The notes beneath the pieces are model-generated. The model did not search any database, was not told the DNA's origin, and was given only the letters and a program-made list of their open reading frames with translations. Shown here piece by piece: positions 59,897 to 64,000 of a stretch of 64,000 nt of DNA. The stretch comes from Scyliorhinus canicula (lineage: Eukaryota), in the NCBI RefSeq assembly GCF_902713615.1, contig NW_024055654.1, forward strand, positions 2,149,674-2,213,673, given 5' to 3'. A program made the position numbers and the translations under genes. The stretch's first letter is position 1. Every line of letters begins with the position of its first letter.

Positions 59897-60886
59897 TTAC
59901 ACGAAGCAGCAGCGTGGTCTCCAGTTAAAGTTCTGGGACCTGAAAATGTACAACAAGGGATTAAGAAACGCAGAGAAAGACGTGACAACCCATGTGTAAA
60001 ATTGAACATTACATCGGTAAAATACTGTGACTGGAGAGGATGGATCCAGCAGAACCTTTGCTCTAAAGTATAATTCAGGCACATGATAAGGGGCAAAGCA
60101 GAAAAGGAGAACAGTCAAAATCCCCCCAATTGTCATCAACACTTTTTTTTTCATCAACCTCATTGATTCCTTCCCTTTCCCGATTTCTAGCAGTTTCTTA
60201 GATGTCAGGAAATAGCAGATCAACAGGATTAGAACAGGGATCGCAAACACCATAACTTCAGAAACAAACAGGAGGATTTCCCACAGTCTCCACACTATGA
60301 CCATTTCCATGCATGGGACACTATTTGGTGATACCGTTCCCTTTATAAAAAACTCCATTAGACTCAGAGTAAATACTGCCAGCCAAGTTGCAATAGACAG
60401 CGCAACATAATATCTGCGCTTTCTCCAAGCCTGAGACCTAATGGGGTGGACGACAGCTATGTATTGGTCAACGGCAATGCAGGCCATGAATGGTGGGTTG
60501 GCACAAAGGTTGATTGTATACAGGAGAAGAATAAAATTATAATATAAATGTACTGAGACAACATGTATGGTGAACACCATAATGTTAAGCGTGGAAGCAA
60601 CAATGACCGAAAGGTTTGTGATGGTCAAATCAAGCAGGAGCACATCAGTTGCTGACGAGAGTTTTTTTGATTTTATGATGTGCCACAGTGCAATTGCGTT
60701 CCCACTGATACCTAATAGAAGCACTAAGCTAAAGAAGCAGATAAATACGGTTATTTTAGCCTGATCCAATGGGTGGGAGTTACTGTTAATTGAGGGCACG
60801 AAACTTGTATTTCTACTTTGATTGGGGGAGTGAAGCTCTGACCAGGTTGTGGTGACTGTTACATTCCATGTCATAAAACTTGCCAT
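59897..60886 (-). CDS. Intronless rhodopsin-class GPCR, paralog of 50108-51082, 329 aa
   Basis: Same motif set (GN, LLLDLTITN, NPPFMACIAVDQYIAVVHP, FCFAPYH, LNPLLY). Confidence 0.9.
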   Translation of the reverse strand: MASFMTWNVTVTTTWSELHSPNQSRNTSFVPSINSNSHPLDQAKITVFICFFSLVLLLGISGNAIALWHIIKSKKLSSATDVLLLDLTITNLSVIVASTLNIMVFTIHVVSVHLYYNFILLLYTINLCANPPFMACIAVDQYIAVVHPIRSQAWRKRRYYVALSIATWLAVFTLSLMEFFIKGTVSPNSVPCMEMVIVWRLWEILLFVSEVMVFAIPVLILLICYFLTSKKLLEIGKGKESMRLMKKKVLMTIGGILTVLLFCFAPYHVPELYFRAKVLLDPSSPVTVFYRCNVQFYTWVVTSFSAFLNPLLYIFRSQNFNWRPRCCFV

Positions 60887-63197
60887 TTGATGTTATGTAG
60901 AATAATGAAAAGCAGTGGAAAAAATAATAAAGATTCACTGTCCAATAAGAGTTGAGACCACACGTAAGATTATCGTTTGTTGAGTTGGATGTGTTTTCCT
61001 CCAGCACATCAATGATATTTCATGGATACAGCCTTCGTCATTTACTTCTCAGAAAACTATGGCTATGAAAAGTGCAGTGGCGGCAGCACGTAGGTATCAG
61101 AATCCTGTAAATTGGTAGATATGAATAAAGTTATTACAGTACTCAAAATAATATCAAGAGATATGATGTATTGAGTGCTATCAAGACATTGAGTAGAGTC
61201 CTTAATTCACTCTTTGGAAGATGTCTACCCACTGATTGTTGTCTTAATGACCCTGTCTGTGCTTGGACCTTTATCTACCCTCCTCTCTGTTTCAGGCAGA
61301 CATGTGCACACTGCCCCTGCCACAACTAACCCCATTTACTTACCTTCCGGAAGATAATTTTACACCGTCTTTCACTCCATTCACTCAGGATGGTGAGAAT
61401 CTGGCATGTCCTGACTTGGAAGGTAGTGGAGGCTTGAAACCTCACAATCTTTAAAAAGCATTTGAATCACCGTCACATTCACTGATATGAGACAATTGCT
61501 GGGAAGTGGGAATCGTTTGAGATTAGTGGTAGTTCCTTTTGGTGCAGACTCGATGGGCCGAAGGGCCTTTTTGCGCTGTGCGTATCTATGACTCTATAAT
61601 GGGGTTGTCACTAGATTAGTAATTACGATTAATACTCTGAAGACGTGGGTTCCTGGCCCACCACGGCAGACAATAAAACTCTGAAATTAATGGTCTAATG
61701 ATGACCACGACACCTTTTCCGAACATTTAAAACCCATCTGGTTCACCAATGCATTTTAGTGAAGGAAATGTGCCATCAGTACTGGCTTCCATGTGAACCC
61801 AGGCCCAAAGCAATGCAGTTGACTGTGAAAGTGCCGAACAAGCCACTTCGTTCGAAAAAAACACTCGAATGTCTACAAGAAATTACTCCAGAGAGATATA
61901 GACCATGTGACATCGGTCATGGCAATGGAAAGAACAACAGGAAACTCAGCCCTTTTGACCCTGTAATGTACTCATTACGAACACCTCGGACATTAAGTTA
62001 ATATTGGAATTAGTGCCTCAAATAATAGTAAAAGAACAACTTAATTATTCGCTGGAATCTTACATGACAGCCAGTGGCATGGACACCACCGTCACCATAC
62101 CCGACTGTCTGACTCATGGTCAGGACAGACCCAGCAGAGTTGGCGGCACCGGAGCATACAGTTAGGAGGGAATTACCCTGGTAGTCATCACCAGCGACTG
62201 TGGACACATTACGTGTGATGGTATCAAGTGAAGCATGGTCAAAGAAGCCTCTTGCTGATTACCACGTACCACATCCACCTCCCCACTCCTCAGGGCCCCG
62301 CTTCTGAATCAGAGCTCCTCCATGTTGTACACGAGTTGGGGGAAGCACAAAGGGTAAAAATAAAGCCGAAAGTTCACTCTTTGACGAACTGCAATTTCCA
62401 GTATCGAGACACATAGAACCTGCTGGCCAAGTCCAAATAGACATAAATGCAAGACTGGATCTGCGGCATTCAGTCATTCAGAAATGTACTTGACCAAACA
62501 CTCACCAGCCTACCTGCCGTTGATGCATCTGTGCATGAGAGCAGGGGTGAGAATGACCAATGGACAATTCGTGTGTAGTGGTAGACCCGTATTCACTTTC
62601 AGAATACCCTCCATCTTGTTATGTTGTTCATCATTCTAAAAGGATAGATTTCAAAAAGATCGAGCAACCCTTGAGGAGTTGTGCGCCAGCAGCAACCAAA
62701 TCGCGCTCAACGAACATTTTCCAACTGGTGGCCTGGCGTATCACCCAATGTAATATTACAAACTCGATTGGGGATCAAACAATGAGTGACAGAGTGCATG
62801 CCAGGCGCAACAGCAATTAAGGGTTAAACCTGCTGAAGTAACAGGTCAGGACTAATTGTGAATCCAAGAATTAAATCAGCAAGCAATATACAGGACTATA
62901 CAACACTACAACCAATCGATCTGATGAAAATGAAAATTTGAAATGAAAATCGCTTATTGTGGCAAGTAAGTTACTGTGAAAAGCCCCTAGTCGCCGCATG
63001 CCGGCGCCTATTCGGGGAGGCTGGTACGGGAAAGTTGTACAGTCGTGTCACATTCATCCCTGAATTGTGTTGGACAAATAAACAACTCATTGAAGGGGGG
63101 AGAGTCCACAGATATTCCCATCCGCAATGAGTTTGGAATCGGGTGTATCAGTGCAAAAGATAAGGCTGAAGTATTTGCAACAATGGTTTTTCATATT

Positions 63198-63535
63198 ATT
63201 TACAGTGCAGAAGGAGGCCATTCCGCCCATCGAGTCTGCACCAGCTCTTGGAAACAGCACCCTACCCAAGCCCATACCTCCACCCTATCCCCATAACCCA
63301 GTAGCCCCACCCAACACTAAGGGCAATTTTGGGCACTAAGGGCAATTTACCATGGCCAATCCACCTAACCTGCACATCTTTGGACTGTGGGAGGAAACCG
63401 GAGCACGCGGAGGAAACCCACGCAGACACGGGGAGAATCTGCAGCCACTGCACAGACAGTAGCCCAAGCTGGGAATCGAACCTGGGACCCTGGAGCTGTG
63501 AAGCAACAGTGCTAACTGTGCCACCGTGCTGCCCT
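63198..63535 (-). mobile_element. HE1-like SINE
   Basis: Head gggcagcacggtggcacagttagc; CR1-like tail. Confidence 0.8.
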
Positions 63536-63758
63536 GAGCAGCCCATCCTCAAATTTAGCAACGCTTGGACGATATCGAGACTTGAGCCGACAAATGGAAA
63601 ATAACATTCCTTTCACACAGGTGCCAGTCAATGATCACCTCCAACAAAAGAGGAAAAAAACAATCGACCTTTGACATTCAATGATATTAACATCGCCCAA
63701 GCCCCCACTATCAACAACATGGGCGTTACCACTGACCAGAAACTGAACTAGCGCAGCC

Positions 63759-63861
63759 ACATTAAGACTGTGGCTACAAGAGCAGGTCAGTGGACATAAA
63801 GACTGTGGCTACAAGCGCAGGTCAGTGGACATAAAGACTGTGGCTGCAAGTGCAGGTCTGG
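63759..63861. repeat. 35-bp tandem repeat x~3 inside the old LINE
   Basis: acataaagactgtggctacaagcgcaggtcagtgg, head to tail. Confidence 0.85.
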
Positions 63862-64000
63862 GAACAGGAAACCTGCGGCAAGCAACACGCTTCTGCCTCA
63901 CCAATCGCTGCACGCAGTCTGCAAGATACAACGAGGAGTTTGATGAAATACTCCCCACTTTCCCGGATAAGTGAAGCTACTGCGATAGCCAAGAAGCTCG

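Larger units (their letters stand above)
62040..64000 (+). mobile_element. Old, heavily degenerate CR1/L2-clade LINE (endonuclease to RT) with nested SINEs
   Basis: ggtcaggacagacccagcagagttggcggcac (QDRPSR.GG), KHGQRSLLLITTYH and, near the end, ctgaccagaaactgaactag...acattaagactgtggctacaagagcaggtcag. Confidence 0.6.

Noticed and set aside
63759-63861. 35-bp direct repeats of CRISPR-like length
   Set aside because: Head-to-tail with no spacers, inside a LINE, in a vertebrate genome.
420-64000. TCR D/J segments, constant exons or NAR-TCR/IgH V segments
   Set aside because: I recognised no 12-RSS with FGxG, no C1 domain and no IgNAR/IgH-type V by eye. A systematic RSS scan would be needed to exclude them.

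Overview
Vertebrate DNA from a cartilaginous fish. The SINE/LINE repertoire looks like catshark (Scyliorhinus-type), which is my inference. Three parts are visible. (i) 1-2.4 kb: T-cell receptor alpha/delta V segments, one open TRAV-like exon on + with a 23-class RSS and one complete but frameshifted V gene on -. (ii) ~2.6-36.3 kb: a mosaic of direct and inverted segmental duplications. It carries about 29 tRNA genes, pseudogenes and fragments (Val, Arg, Pro, Asn, Thr), three more V exons, an orphan V promoter/leader, four Rex1-type LINE pieces, and Penelope-like remnants with hammerhead-ribozyme motifs. All seven tRNA-Pro(TGG) copies have an 18-nt insert at the canonical 37/38 intron site. 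Several tRNAs carry shifted anticodons. (iii) 36.3-64 kb: LINE/SINE-rich DNA with a solo LTR, a MITE-like element and two intronless paralogous rhodopsin-class GPCR genes. The two receptors share loss of several class-A consensus residues and both end in a CCaX motif. One has a 148-bp inverted copy of its own coding sequence just upstream. No CRISPR array or rRNA gene was seen. Coordinates were counted by hand, and repeat boundaries are approximate.
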